In this document: positions 9,706 through 20,617 of the stretch, piece after piece
Numbering within the stretch: position 1 is the stretch's first letter
How the letters are laid out: every line of letters starts with the position of its first letter
NCBI GenBank assembly: GCA_963792965.1
Contig: CAWBYW010000017.1
Coordinates: 1 to 48,938 of the forward strand
Source: an uncultured delta proteobacterium
Lineage (GTDB): Bacteria; Desulfobacterota; Zymogenia; Zymogenales; Zymogenaceae
Length of the DNA: 48,938 nucleotides
Direction of reading: 5' to 3'
Notes under the pieces: generated by a model
What the model saw: only the letters and a program-made list of their open reading frames with translations
Told to the model about the DNA's origin: nothing
Database searches by the model: none
Made by a program: the position numbers and the translations under genes

Positions 9706-10111
9706 GCGCAGAAGAAGTTCGAAGAAAAAGGGCTCGTCATCGAAACACGGGCGGGATACGCACAGTCTATTCCGTTCGAAGACGGCTACATTCGACGTCG
9801 TGATATCGAGCTTTCTCTTCCACCATCTCCTCACCATGCAAAAAAGGGAGGCGTTGAAAGAGATCATGCGGGTGTTGAAAGGGGGAGGAGCGCTTCATCT
9901 GGCCGATTGGGACAGGCCGCATAACCCACTCATGCGGGTCGCCTTTTTCTTCGTGAGGGTCTTTGACGGCTTTGAGAACACGGAGATCAACGCGCGCGGC
10001 CGGATCATGGAATTTATCGACGCGGCGGGCTTTCAGGGTGTCAAGAGGACCCACCGGTACATGACGATTTTCGGGACCCTCTCGCTGTGGACGGCCCGAA
10101 AGAGGCCGTAG
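9706..10111 (+). CDS. Class I SAM-dependent methyltransferase, C-terminal fragment
   Basis: AQSIPFEDG-(frameshift)[13 protein letters not shown]..[16 protein letters not shown]; motif I absent because the 5' end is missing. Confidence 0.75.
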
Positions 10112-10142
10112 ACAAATAACGCGGCCGGGCATCCCGTCCGGC

Positions 10143-11066
10143 CTACCCTCTTTTCTTTTTCAGGAGCCCTTCGAGCAGCAGGCCGATCGTTATTACCATC
10201 GCACCGGCAATAATGAACGTCGCCGACCGCCCCAGTCCCGGCACGATGACGTCTCCGAACCGCGTCAGCACGTTGACCGTCAGGAAGATCACGCCCAGCG
10301 TGATGAAGGAGCGCTCCTTCTTTACCCCTCCGAAAACGATCGTCATGCTGTTGGCGACGAAAAAAAGGACGGTAAAGACGATGATCTCGGCCCTGCCCGA
10401 TGACCCACCAAAGAGCCGCGCGTCCCTCCCGAAGAGCGAGAGCATCCAGAGGGAAATATTGAGGAAGAGAAAGCCGAGAAAATAGTAGACCCGGGAGAAC
10501 CGGGAGTATCTTCCCGATGCCGTCCCGGAGAGCCTCTCGTGGATAAATCCCGCAAGGATTATGAAGGGCGTCATCACCGCAACGTACGTGTGGCTGTTTA
10601 TCCCCCCCCTGAAAAAGGGGAGCCACCCCCAAAAACCACCACCAAGGTAGGCGGCCCAGGCCAACAGCGCAAGGATGGCGACCGCAAGGACGAGCCCTGC
10701 CCCCATCAGATAGGCAAGGACGAAGTAGCCCGCTGTGACGATGAATAGCACCCACGAAAAAGCGTGGAGGGGCCCTCCGAACATCCTGTTGGCGCTCACC
10801 ACATCAAGAAAAAACAGGAGGCACGCACAGAGGATCACCACGCCGCCGAGTATCGGCGACCGCCCCCGGCCACCTTCGTAGAGCCGATTCCCCCAGAAGA
10901 GCCCGAGGGCCATAAGGATCGTGAGGAAGACCGAGACGTAGAGCCAGGTGCCCAGGATCTCGAAGAAGAGGGAGACCAAGCCGATCGCCAATACGAGGGC
11001 GCCCAGCACGATGATGAACCGGACCGCCGGGTCGTGGCGCGTCCCTCTGTTGCCTGTCTCATTCAT
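10143..11066 (-). CDS. Polytopic membrane protein (DUF2157-like)
   Basis: About 9-10 hydrophobic helices; family assignment is tentative. Confidence 0.7.
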   Translation of the reverse strand: MNETGNRGTRHDPAVRFIIVLGALVLAIGLVSLFFEILGTWLYVSVFLTILMALGLFWGNRLYEGGRGRSPILGGVVILCACLLFFLDVVSANRMFGGPLHAFSWVLFIVTAGYFVLAYLMGAGLVLAVAILALLAWAAYLGGGFWGWLPFFRGGINSHTYVAVMTPFIILAGFIHERLSGTASGRYSRFSRVYYFLGFLFLNISLWMLSLFGRDARLFGGSSGRAEIIVFTVLFFVANSMTIVFGGVKKERSFITLGVIFLTVNVLTRFGDVIVPGLGRSATFIIAGAMVITIGLLLEGLLKKKRG

Positions 11067-11088
11067 AACACGGAAACGCCTCCCCGGG

Positions 11089-11529
11089 CTATCGTTCTAC
11101 CCATTTATAGACAACGGGGACGCTCTTTTTGGGGAGCTTTATGATGTGGTGTGGCTCCGTCAGGGACTCCGTGACGGCGCCCCCGGACGGACGGGTGACT
11201 AATATCGTTACTTCAAGCTTGGTATCTTTGTCCTGGACTTTAACGATCTCTGCATCGTACCCCCCGGTCGGCATCTCCCCAGGGGAAACCGCGATCACCA
11301 TATCCTTGGTGAAATCAACCTTCGGCACGTCGGGAATCGGCTCGGTGCCCCGGTAGATGCTCTTCCAGAAGCTCTCGAAAGATATCGGGTCGGTGATCAC
11401 CTCGTTAATGCGCCCGGTAATCCCCGCTGCGTAGGTCTCGTGGGAAATGGTGGTAAAGTTCACGTCACCGCTTGAGGCCGTGCCGCATCCGACGAGAAAC
11501 ATTACGATGACCAGTACCGCTTTTTTCAT
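11089..11529 (-). CDS. PrcB C-terminal-domain lipoprotein
   Basis: Lipobox LVGC; PKVDFTKDMVIAVSPGEMPTGGY and VTESLTEPHHII match the PrcB_C pattern. Confidence 0.82.
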   Translation of the reverse strand: MKKAVLVIVMFLVGCGTASSGDVNFTTISHETYAAGITGRINEVITDPISFESFWKSIYRGTEPIPDVPKVDFTKDMVIAVSPGEMPTGGYDAEIVKVQDKDTKLEVTILVTRPSGGAVTESLTEPHHIIKLPKKSVPVVYKWVER

Positions 11530-13046
11530 GGCATCCTGTCCTCCACGCGCATACCGACCGTCAGCTCGAATTTACGGCCTCCGACGGAAAGCTCCGCACC
11601 GATCTCGTCAACAGCTATAAGTCCGGTAAAGAGTCTTTCGGCATCCGTCGATGAAAATCCTCCGATTACGTCGGAGAGAAAGCCGGGAAATCTGGTCAAT
11701 TCATCCGAAATCAGCCTCGGCTTCACGTCAAAAGACAGGCCGCCGGCGCCCTCATTATAGCCGGATTGATTTCCCGTTTCAAGGGTTTCCTTCACCAAAT
11801 CGGCCAGTGAACCGGATCCCTCCGACATAACGACCGTCCCACCCCGCTCGGCCCACAAAAGGTAAGGGGTACCATCTTTATCGTAGCGGTGCACCGTGAT
11901 CCCCGACACTGATTCCACGACCGGGGTCAGACGTTGGTCGCGCGCGGTCTTCTCTATCAGCCCCGTGAAAAAAGGAGTTCGTTTTCCAACGAGGAAAACG
12001 GCGGGCGGTCGTACCCGCGCCCGATCGGGTGCGAGTAAAAGCCTGAAGCCGTCCGGGAAGAGCAGCGGGATCGGTGCAGGCGTATTCTTTTGAGGACCAA
12101 GGACGGCCGCGACCGCTTTCCACGTCCGCTCGGGGATAGCCCCGACCGAAACCGTCATGAGATTGCCGGACGTATCGGGGGGAATAACCCTCGTTTTCCT
12201 CGATACGAAATCCGGAAGGATGTCCCGGCCGGCGCTCCCCCTGACGGTAAGGGCGACCCGATTCCCTTTGCGCGAGAGGTAAAACCGAAATGAATCCGGC
12301 AGGAAGCCTCCGATCGCGCCGGAAAGCTTCTCTCCGGCGCCGGGGAGACCCTTAATTCCCTTCTCGAGGACGAAACCGGATATGAGCGTGCCGTCGTCAC
12401 GTTCGCGTGTCAGCTTGCGAAACGCGGGCACCCACGTCAGGAAGCCGCGCTCCTTATCGAGGTAGCGATTCAGCGCGGAGAAAAAGATCTCCCGCTCGTC
12501 GGCCAGGATGAGAAAGTCACCGTCGAGCGCCCAAAAGATTCGCTGACCTTTTCCGATGCCCGCGTCCTTGACCCTCAACCCTCGATACTTCGCGATGTGT
12601 ATCTCCTTATTTCCCTGCGCAAAAATGAAGAGACGCTCCATCAACAGAAAATCGGGTTTGACGCGTGAAACGAGCAGGAAGCTGATTCCTTTTCCCTGCC
12701 GGTAGATTCCTATTCCCGACTCATTGCCGATCAGCGACATGAGTGCGTCCGCGTTAAATCCTTTCCCGAAGATCTCGCTTTGTTGACTCATCGCGTCCAG
12801 GAGCTTCCTTACCTGCTCGATTTCAAGGAGCGGCTCATAGCCTTGCGCCTGAAAATAACGTGTCTCCTTGAGCGCGCCATAGGCGTCAAAGAGCCCGGAC
12901 GTCTCGATGAAAACGACCTCGTCTCCCGGAAAAATGCGCTCGACCTCGGTGGGGGTGGGAGTCAAGAGGCGCCAGAGAAGGTAGATGCCGGCCGCTACGA
13001 GCAGAGCGACGATAATAATAAAGCGTGTGTATCTCTTTTTATTCAT
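11526..13046 (-). CDS. Membrane-anchored hypothetical protein
   Basis: N-terminal basic residues plus TM helix; 506-aa ORF; ATGA overlap with the PrcB gene. Confidence 0.75.
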   Translation of the reverse strand: MNKKRYTRFIIIVALLVAAGIYLLWRLLTPTPTEVERIFPGDEVVFIETSGLFDAYGALKETRYFQAQGYEPLLEIEQVRKLLDAMSQQSEIFGKGFNADALMSLIGNESGIGIYRQGKGISFLLVSRVKPDFLLMERLFIFAQGNKEIHIAKYRGLRVKDAGIGKGQRIFWALDGDFLILADEREIFFSALNRYLDKERGFLTWVPAFRKLTRERDDGTLISGFVLEKGIKGLPGAGEKLSGAIGGFLPDSFRFYLSRKGNRVALTVRGSAGRDILPDFVSRKTRVIPPDTSGNLMTVSVGAIPERTWKAVAAVLGPQKNTPAPIPLLFPDGFRLLLAPDRARVRPPAVFLVGKRTPFFTGLIEKTARDQRLTPVVESVSGITVHRYDKDGTPYLLWAERGGTVVMSEGSGSLADLVKETLETGNQSGYNEGAGGLSFDVKPRLISDELTRFPGFLSDVIGGFSSTDAERLFTGLIAVDEIGAELSVGGRKFELTVGMRVEDRMP

Positions 13047-13113
13047 ACCTTAGTTTTATATCACACATGTCCGATTTTGTCATGCTCAAAGTCCTTTCTT
13101 GCGTATGGATAGA

Positions 13114-13154
13114 AACGGGCCTTTCCCCTCAGGAGCTGCGGGAAAAGGCCCGTT
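13114..13154 (-). terminator. Probable intrinsic terminator after the penicillin acylase gene
   Basis: Stem aacgggcctttcccc / gggaaaaggcccgtt, ending in TTTCT on the minus strand. Confidence 0.6.
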
Positions 13155-13171
13155 ATCAATTGCGCTCGAAT

Positions 13172-15565
13172 CTACTTTTGCGGTTTCATTTTCAGGGTAT
13201 ACTTTGCGTCGGCATCTACCCCCTTACGGTCGATTACGAACGGCCGATAGGTGACGCTACGCCAGAGCTCGATCTGGTCATCGTAGTGGGGGCTCATGAA
13301 GTTGCCGGAGACTCCGGCGGGAATGACCCTCAACGAGTTCTTCATATCCGACAGGTCGAAAATGCACCGCTCCGACGCGCCGTCATAAACGCCCCAGGGG
13401 TCGGTAAGGTGATACGTCATCGGGTTGACGGTGGCAATACTCCCGCCCTCCGGATACGGCCCGCGATCAAGGAAGAATCCGAGCACGGGAGAGCCCTTGC
13501 CGAAGGGATGATAGAAGGTCAGGGTGTGGAGTTTACCCCACGCCCAGCGATCGGGATTTTTCCCCATCTCCTTTTCGAGATAGGAGACCCCGTCCTTGAA
13601 GCTCTCGGTGATGAGCGCCTTCATGTCCTCCACGTCGGCGGTGTTGGGGTTGTCGAACCAGACCGAATCCCCCTTCCTAACCATCTCCCTTAGGGAATTA
13701 AAGACAACGTCTTCATTACCGAGGTACTGGGTGTAGAGATCGGAGCCGAGCCGGTTTTTGAAGGTGTTATTTATCATGGCCTGGACCGTTGCGTGGAAGA
13801 TGGTCGGAGCGCTCCCTTCCGGCGTCGCCACATAGTCCCAGCCGGAAAGGATATCGAGGGCCTTCTTCTCGTTCTCATCGAGCTTCACGTCGGAAAGCTC
13901 TTTTTTGAACACCGGGACCCACTCCCGCGCCAATACCACGAGGGAATCGGCGTGCATCCGCTCAAAGTCGGCCACACCGAGCTTCTCCTTCTCGGTCAAC
14001 ATCTCGGAGATCCTCAGGAACCTGTCCGGCATCGCATAGTAGTTGGAGATGACATACGGGTAGTCAGGGCCGGCGTGCCTGTTGTTGGCCGAGGCGATCC
14101 AGCCCCGCTCGGGATTCCTCATATGGGGCTGCAGGCCGGTGGGAACATATCCCTTCCACTCATGTTTCCCGTCCCATCCGGGCAAGAGCTCCATCCCAGA
14201 AAACCCCTCCCGGATCGGGATGCCCACCGCCGCCCAGTAGCCGATGTTCCCCTGGTCGTCCGCGTAGACGATGTTCTGGCCGGGGCACTTGAAGTACTCT
14301 ATCCCCTTTTCCATGTCGTCGATGGTTTTGGCGCGGTTGAAGATATAGAGGGCCCGGGGTATCTGATCGAGCTCCGGTGCGGTCCACCGCATCGAGAGCG
14401 CGTAGCCTTTCGGCTCCCGGTACTTGTTCACGTCGTCGATGACGGGGCCGTGCCGCGTAACCCTCACCGTGTATTTCACGTCGCGTCCCCCCTTGACCTT
14501 GATGACCTCATCACGCAGCTTCATGTCTTCCCATTTGCCCATGTATTCGTATTGATTCTTATTTTCGGGATTGATCTTTTCCAGGTAATAGTCTGAGTCG
14601 TCGGCCATTACGTTGGTGAACCCCCAGGCGACGTGATCGGTCGCCCCCACGACAACCAGAGGGATGCCGGGGGGGACCACTCCCGAGACATTCATATGAG
14701 GCGTCGAGAGATGGGCTTCATACCAGATCCCCGGAAGGCCGTGGCTGAGGTGCATGTCGGTGGCAAGGATCGGCTTGCCCGTTTCGGATTTCTTGCCCGC
14801 AATGACCCAGTTGTTGCTCGCACCGCCGCCCTCCGTGCCCAGCACCTCGCGTGCCTGATGCATGACCGCAAGGAGTCCGAGGGTATCAATCGTGGACACG
14901 CCGCCCTTTTCCGGCATGATCGTCGGATAACCGGTGGGATAATCAACGAAGAGCTCTTTGGCTTCTTTCTCACCGACCTTCCTGACGATCATATCGTGGA
15001 GCGGCTCGGTTCCGAAAGAGCTGTTGAGATCCCACGACATATAGTAGTAGACCGCGCCGCAGTCGCTTGGCTGCCACGGCTCCGGCTTGTAACCTAACAG
15101 CGTAAATTCGATCGGGAGCGGCCCCTTATGGTTTTCAAGGTAGTAGTTGACGCCCGCCGCAAAGGCGGTCATGGCGTCGACGATCTCGGGCGGATAGTCC
15201 TTGTAGAGCTCATCGACGGGCTTTGTCGCGGTGATGGTGCGAAAGAGCTTATCGACACCTATGAGGTCTTTTCCGAGGATCTCGGAGAGCCTCCCCCGGA
15301 TGGCCCGCCGTAGCATATCCATCTGGAAGAGACGATCCTGGGCCATACAGTAGCCGAGACCGAAGTAGGCGTCAGCGTCGTTCTCGGCGTAGATATGGGG
15401 CATGCCGTAGGAGTCACGGATGATCTCGACGTTTCCCTTGATCCCCTTGACCGTCAGGTCCCCCGTATAGCTGGGGACGGTCGCCTTCAGGTAGCCGTAG
15501 GCGCCGATAACGGCCACCACGACCACGCCGAGGATAATCCATGCTGTCCATTTGAGATATCTCAT
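13172..15565 (-). CDS. Penicillin acylase family Ntn-hydrolase (peptidase S45)
   Basis: RDSYGMPHIYA, AQDRLFQMD, ASNNW (catalytic Ser), DMHL, SANN; SD AAGGAGG before ATG 15565; N-terminal anchor. Confidence 0.95.
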   Translation of the reverse strand: MRYLKWTAWIILGVVVVAVIGAYGYLKATVPSYTGDLTVKGIKGNVEIIRDSYGMPHIYAENDADAYFGLGYCMAQDRLFQMDMLRRAIRGRLSEILGKDLIGVDKLFRTITATKPVDELYKDYPPEIVDAMTAFAAGVNYYLENHKGPLPIEFTLLGYKPEPWQPSDCGAVYYYMSWDLNSSFGTEPLHDMIVRKVGEKEAKELFVDYPTGYPTIMPEKGGVSTIDTLGLLAVMHQAREVLGTEGGGASNNWVIAGKKSETGKPILATDMHLSHGLPGIWYEAHLSTPHMNVSGVVPPGIPLVVVGATDHVAWGFTNVMADDSDYYLEKINPENKNQYEYMGKWEDMKLRDEVIKVKGGRDVKYTVRVTRHGPVIDDVNKYREPKGYALSMRWTAPELDQIPRALYIFNRAKTIDDMEKGIEYFKCPGQNIVYADDQGNIGYWAAVGIPIREGFSGMELLPGWDGKHEWKGYVPTGLQPHMRNPERGWIASANNRHAGPDYPYVISNYYAMPDRFLRISEMLTEKEKLGVADFERMHADSLVVLAREWVPVFKKELSDVKLDENEKKALDILSGWDYVATPEGSAPTIFHATVQAMINNTFKNRLGSDLYTQYLGNEDVVFNSLREMVRKGDSVWFDNPNTADVEDMKALITESFKDGVSYLEKEMGKNPDRWAWGKLHTLTFYHPFGKGSPVLGFFLDRGPYPEGGSIATVNPMTYHLTDPWGVYDGASERCIFDLSDMKNSLRVIPAGVSGNFMSPHYDDQIELWRSVTYRPFVIDRKGVDADAKYTLKMKPQK

Positions 15566-15612
15566 TATTTCCTCCTTTACTGTGGCAGCGGATAATAATA
15601 AAAGCTGATCGA

Positions 15613-15641
15613 ATTCTATAGTTTTCACTGATACATGTCAA
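15613..15641 (-). promoter_or_regulatory. Sigma70 promoter for the acylase gene
   Basis: TTGACA-N17-TAGAAT on the minus strand. Confidence 0.75.
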
Positions 15642-15653
15642 TGGTATTCCTCC

Positions 15654-15682
15654 TTGACACCCCCGAGCACCGGAAGTATAAT
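15654..15682 (+). promoter_or_regulatory. Perfect-consensus sigma70 promoter for the GH57/glycogen operon
   Basis: TTGACA (15654-15659), 17 bp, TATAAT (15677-15682). Confidence 0.85.
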
Positions 15683-15900
15683 GCGCGGTGCCGCCTTCTG
15701 GAATATGAGGTGTGCCCGAGGGGTCTGTTTGAGAGCGTTCGGCGCGCTCGGGCAAACCGAAAATCGCTCTCGATACGATTTTGACTCTTTTCCGGGGCCG
15801 AGGTATCGCCCGATTACTCGTGCGACGCGAAACCTGCGCTCGCCTCGACGTGATAGTGCCTCGTGTCGAATAACCGTATACAGAGAAAACGAAAGCACTC

Positions 15901-18463
15901 ATGTCATCCGATTTTTACATCACGTTGTGCCTCCACTTCCACCAGCCTCACTTCCAGCTGAGGAGTGTACGGGACCAGGTATTTGCCCGCTGTTATTACC
16001 CGATGCTCGAGATGCTGGAGTCAAGTAAACTCCCCGACGGGGCGCTCAAACTCAATTTCCATGTCTCCGGTCCCCTGATCAACTATGCGTCACGACACGA
16101 GAAAGATTTCCTGGACCGTATGAAGGCCCAGGTGGATCGGGGCGTCGTTAAGATCGTCGGCGGACTCATCGATGAGTCGTTCCCCCAGCTCTCCTCACGG
16201 GGCGACGACACCTATTTCCAGATGCTTCGATACGGGATCGCCACGGAGCGGTTTTTCGGTGTGCCCGCCGCCGGATGGGATGGTTTTCACGTCGTCGAGC
16301 GGGAGGTCGGGGAGATGCTCCTCTATATGCTCTCCACCGGGATCAAGGACCTCGGCGCCGTCCCGCTCTACTACCTCGACGTGGAGACCTTCTTCACCCC
16401 CTATTCCACCGCAGAGCAGGAGGACCTTTCCCTTAAGCATTTCGGGGTGATCGACCCCGCCCTCAAGTCGACGATGCCCTACTTCAAGAGGGACGCCCTC
16501 TTTTCGATCTATCGGGACGAGATCATGGGGAGGCCGTTCTTCGTGGTCCCCATCCATAGCGAGCTGCGATATTTCCTGTTGAAGAGACGCCCCATTTTCG
16601 GCCCCGACCCCACGTGTACCCCCCGAGCAGTACCTCGCGCTGATAGAAGAGAAGGCACGGACGGCCGCCGAACTTATCTTCAAGAAATCCAACAAGAAGA
16701 TCCCGCCCCTCATGTTCATCTTCAACGACGCGGAGCTCTTCGGCCAGTGGAGCGGCGACCCCGCGGCGGACCGTGAGTGGATGGAGGAGTTCTTCGAGCT
16801 GGTGGCGGCCTCCAAAGACACCTCTTTTACCTCCTTGCGCGAATATTACGAGAAATACGGGTATATCGACACCTACCCGATCAAGACGAGCACGAGCTAT
16901 ACCGAGTTCGAGAACTGGACGATGAAGCGGGGGATTCGGGGTGTCACCTTCGGCGATCCGAAGCTCAGGAGGGTCATCTGCTGTCTCCGGGACCTCGAGA
17001 AGGCCCAGGAATTGGTGGAGCGGGCGGTTCTCGACAGGGTGAGCAAAGATATCAAGGAGGCCAAGACCCACATCCTCATGCACGAGATCACCCAGCGGGT
17101 GCTGACCTCCCGCAATCGCTACGACCTCATCAGGATTTTCATGGCCCAATACTATTCCGAGGGCGTTCTGGAGGCTTACGACCTGATCCAGACGATTCGA
17201 AACATCGCCTACCAGGAGGACCCCCGGTGGGCCTCGCGGCACCCCAATTTCGGTTCCTGCACCTACTACGACCTGACGGGGCTTGCCTATATCGCGGTGG
17301 CGCACCGGCTGGCCGACTATCTGCTGGCCGAGATATCCGAGACATGGGGGCTTTTCCCGAAGACGACGCTTGAGATCATCGACTGGGACTACGACGGCAA
17401 CGACGAGGTCGTCATTAATACCGACCAGCAGTTCCTGGTCATCAGCAAGGTCGCCGGGACCGTTATCCACCACCAGGTCCACTCTCCCTACTTCAAGGGG
17501 ATGGATTTTGCGAAGATACTCGTCGCGGCTGAGTCACTCGTCACCGAGATGCCGATGTTTCCCGCCACCGGATTTTACAGCCAGTGCCTCATCCACACCG
17601 AGCCCGACAGCGAGCTCTGCGTGACGCTCGAGGAAGATTCCCGTGTCGAATATTGTCGAGACGCCTACCGGGCAAACTTCGTCACGCGTGACGACTCGGG
17701 AGCGCTTGAGGTGGTCGCCTCCTTTGACTATCAGATATTCGAGCTTACCGACTGGAAGATAAACGGGACGACCCTCATCGTCACCATGGAGGCGCGCCAG
17801 GACGTCTCGATCGACGGGACGCCTCCGCTCAGCGTCTCACTCAAAAAGATATTTACCGTCTCGGAGGATCGCTTCGAGGTAACGTTTGTCGTCACCAAGC
17901 TGACCGCCGAAAAAGACCCGCGCTGGAACAGGATCCTGTTTGTCCCGGAGCTGGTGAACTCCGTCACCCCCGCAGACGATATCGACGGAAAGCTCGAGTC
18001 CTTCGTCCGGTTCTCTCCCAACGGCTCGGGGAAAAAGATCGCGCTCACGTACCAGGTGACGACCTTCTCTCCGGACTCTCCCCGATTTTCCCAGCATGCG
18101 GTGACCGAGACCATCTACCGTCCCCGGGAGTTCTCCTATGCCCTCGCGGTCAAGACTCCCCTCTACGGGCGGTTTTACGATATCCACACCTACCGCTTCG
18201 GCGACGGGACCGCGGATTTGTTGGAAGATATGGAGATCGCGCCCGCCGTCCATACCTTTTACAAGGGATATGTCTTCGATGATCACTCACGCCTCGGGTA
18301 TCATCAGTCCGGGGCTAAGGTTTCTCCGATCTTCCTAATTTCCGCAAAAAAGGCTACCCGGTACGAGGTCTCGTTGACGCGCGAGATCAGGGAGATAGGA
18401 TCGGCGCCGAATCTGTTCGAGGGGGCCGTCGCCCTTATTCACGACCGTCGGAGGAAGCCGTGA
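15901..18463 (+). CDS. Divergent GH57 protein with 4-alpha-glucanotransferase-like architecture (about 850 aa; frameshift near 16625)
   Basis: LHFHQP, FHVSGPL, VVERE, PIHSELRY, NDAELFGQW, SYTEFENW, DWDYDGNDEV are collinear with the motifs of the 20614 gene. Confidence 0.78.
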
Positions 18464-20617
18464 CGGATGTCCGGGTCGCTTTCCTGTGGCACATGCACCA
18501 GCCCAGCTACAAGGATCCGAACACCGGACGCTATATCCTTCCCTTTGTCCGGCTGCACGGCACGAAGGGATATTACGATATGGCCCGCCTGCTTGAGCGG
18601 TTCCCCGACATCGGCGTGACCATTAACCTGGTTCCCTCACTGATCGCCCAGATCAAAGAGTACGCGGATGGGACGGCAAAAGACGCCTTCGTCGACCTGA
18701 CCCTTAACAGGAGCGAGGACCTCTCCCCCGCGGAAAAATTCTTTATCATCAAGAATTTCTTCATGAACCGGTGGGACACCCACATCAATCCGTACCCGCG
18801 GTACCGGGAGCTCCTCTTCAAGCGGGGGACGACACCGTGGGCCGAGGACCCGAAGGATGCCTGTTCCCGGTTTTCCGGGCAGGATATTACGGATCTTCAG
18901 GTCCTCTTCAACCTCACCTGGATGGGTTATTCCGTGCGCGCGGACTTCCCCGAGATAGGAGAGCTTCTCTCGCGGGGGAGAGATTATACCCAGCAGGACA
19001 AAGACACCGTCATCCGGGTGCAGCGCGAGGTCATGCAGAGGCTCATCGGCCTCTATCGCCGCATTGATGAGGGCGGCCTGGTCGAGTTTACCACCAGCCC
19101 CTTCTATCACCCGATCCTGCCGCTTCTGATCGACAATACGATCGCCAGGAGGGCGCTGCCGAACCTGAACCTTCCCGGTCACTTCTCACACCCCCAGGAC
19201 GCCCAGCGGCAGATCGAACACGGCGTCGCGCTCTTCACCGAGACCTTCGGACATCCTCCCCGAGGAATGTGGCCCTCGGAAGGATCGGTCTGCCCGGAGC
19301 TCATCGAGTACCTCACGGAGGCGGGCATCGAGTGGATCGCTACCGATCAGGATATCCTGTTCAATTCCTCCATCGCCGACGGCGCTCCCGCCGACCTCTA
19401 CGCCCCCTACCGCGCGGCCCACGGCGGCCGCGAGGTCTGTGTCGTCTTTCGGGACAAGCGCCTGAGCGACCTCATCAGTTTCTCTTACGCGGGTAACAAA
19501 CCGGAGCCGGCCGCCGCCGACTTCCTGCGGAATATCACGAAGATCGCCCAGGAGCGAAAGGGGAGGCCGACCCTCATCACCGTCATCCTTGACGGCGAGA
19601 ATCCTTGGGAAGGGTACATGGACGGCGGAGAGGGTTTCCTGACCAGGGTCTATGGTGCCCTGTCGGAGGGGAGCGTCGCCCGCTCGACCTCGGTGGGCGC
19701 CTACCTCGCCGAGCATCCCCCCACGCCCGTGGTCACCACCCTGCTTCTCGGGGTCGTGGATCAACCACAACTTCTCCATCTGGATCGGTCACCCGGAAGA
19801 CAACACGGCCTGGGACCTGATCAGGCTGGTGCGAGACCACCTCGCCCGCGCGGACACCTCGTCTGCGGCCGACCAGCAGGTGAACGAGGCATGGGACAGG
19901 ATCTACGCCGCCGAGGGGAGCGATTGGTTCTGGTGGTTCGGAGACGAATTTCACACCGATCAGGCCGATGAGTTCGACTCGCTTTTCCGCGAGCACCTCA
20001 AAGGCGCCTATCGAGCCCTCGGGCAGGAGCCGCCCCAGTTGTTGTCCCTTCCCATCAAAGGGACAAAAAGGGTGCTGGAGACGCGGCCGCCCGTCGGATT
20101 CATCGAGCCCCTGATCAACGGTTCTATCGACGACTTTTACGAGTGGGCCAACGCCGGCTGCTACGAGGTCGACCTGGCCGCGGGCGTCATGTACGGGGGC
20201 ATACCCGATATCCGGTGCCTCTACTTCGGGTTCTCCCTGGAAAATTTCTATGCGCGGATCGACTATCGGGGGCCCATACCCGAAGGGGAACCCCATATCA
20301 TCCATTTCTACATCAGGGCGGGAAGGGACTTCGAGATCGTTTTCCCGCTCACGGCGGGATGGAGTACCTACACGCTGTCCGTTTCGTCGGACGCGACGGC
20401 ATACGTGCCGGTCGGCGAGTACAAGCGGCTCGGGGTGGGCACAATTGTCGAGCTCTATGTCCCCTTTGTCGAGCTCGGCCTTAAAGGCGGCGAATCGCTT
20501 TCGTTCTTCGTCGAGATCAAGACTGATGGGGTGGCGATGCAACGCTGCCCGAGGCGGGGAAGCCTGAGCACACAGGTCCCCGGCGAAAATTTCGAGAAAG
20601 AAAATTGGAGCGCATGA
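18460..20617 (+). CDS. GH57 amylopullulanase/alpha-amylase-type protein (frameshift near 19745)
   Basis: FLWHMHQP, PFYHPILPLL, GMWPSEGSV, ILDGENPWE, GSWI, AEGSDWFWW; GTGA overlap with the upstream gene. Confidence 0.92.

Noticed and set aside
15750-15850. c-di-GMP-I riboswitch suggested by GGGCAAACC
   Set aside because: The expected GNRA-capped P2 stem followed by GACGCAAA is not correctly placed. Kept only as a generic structured leader.
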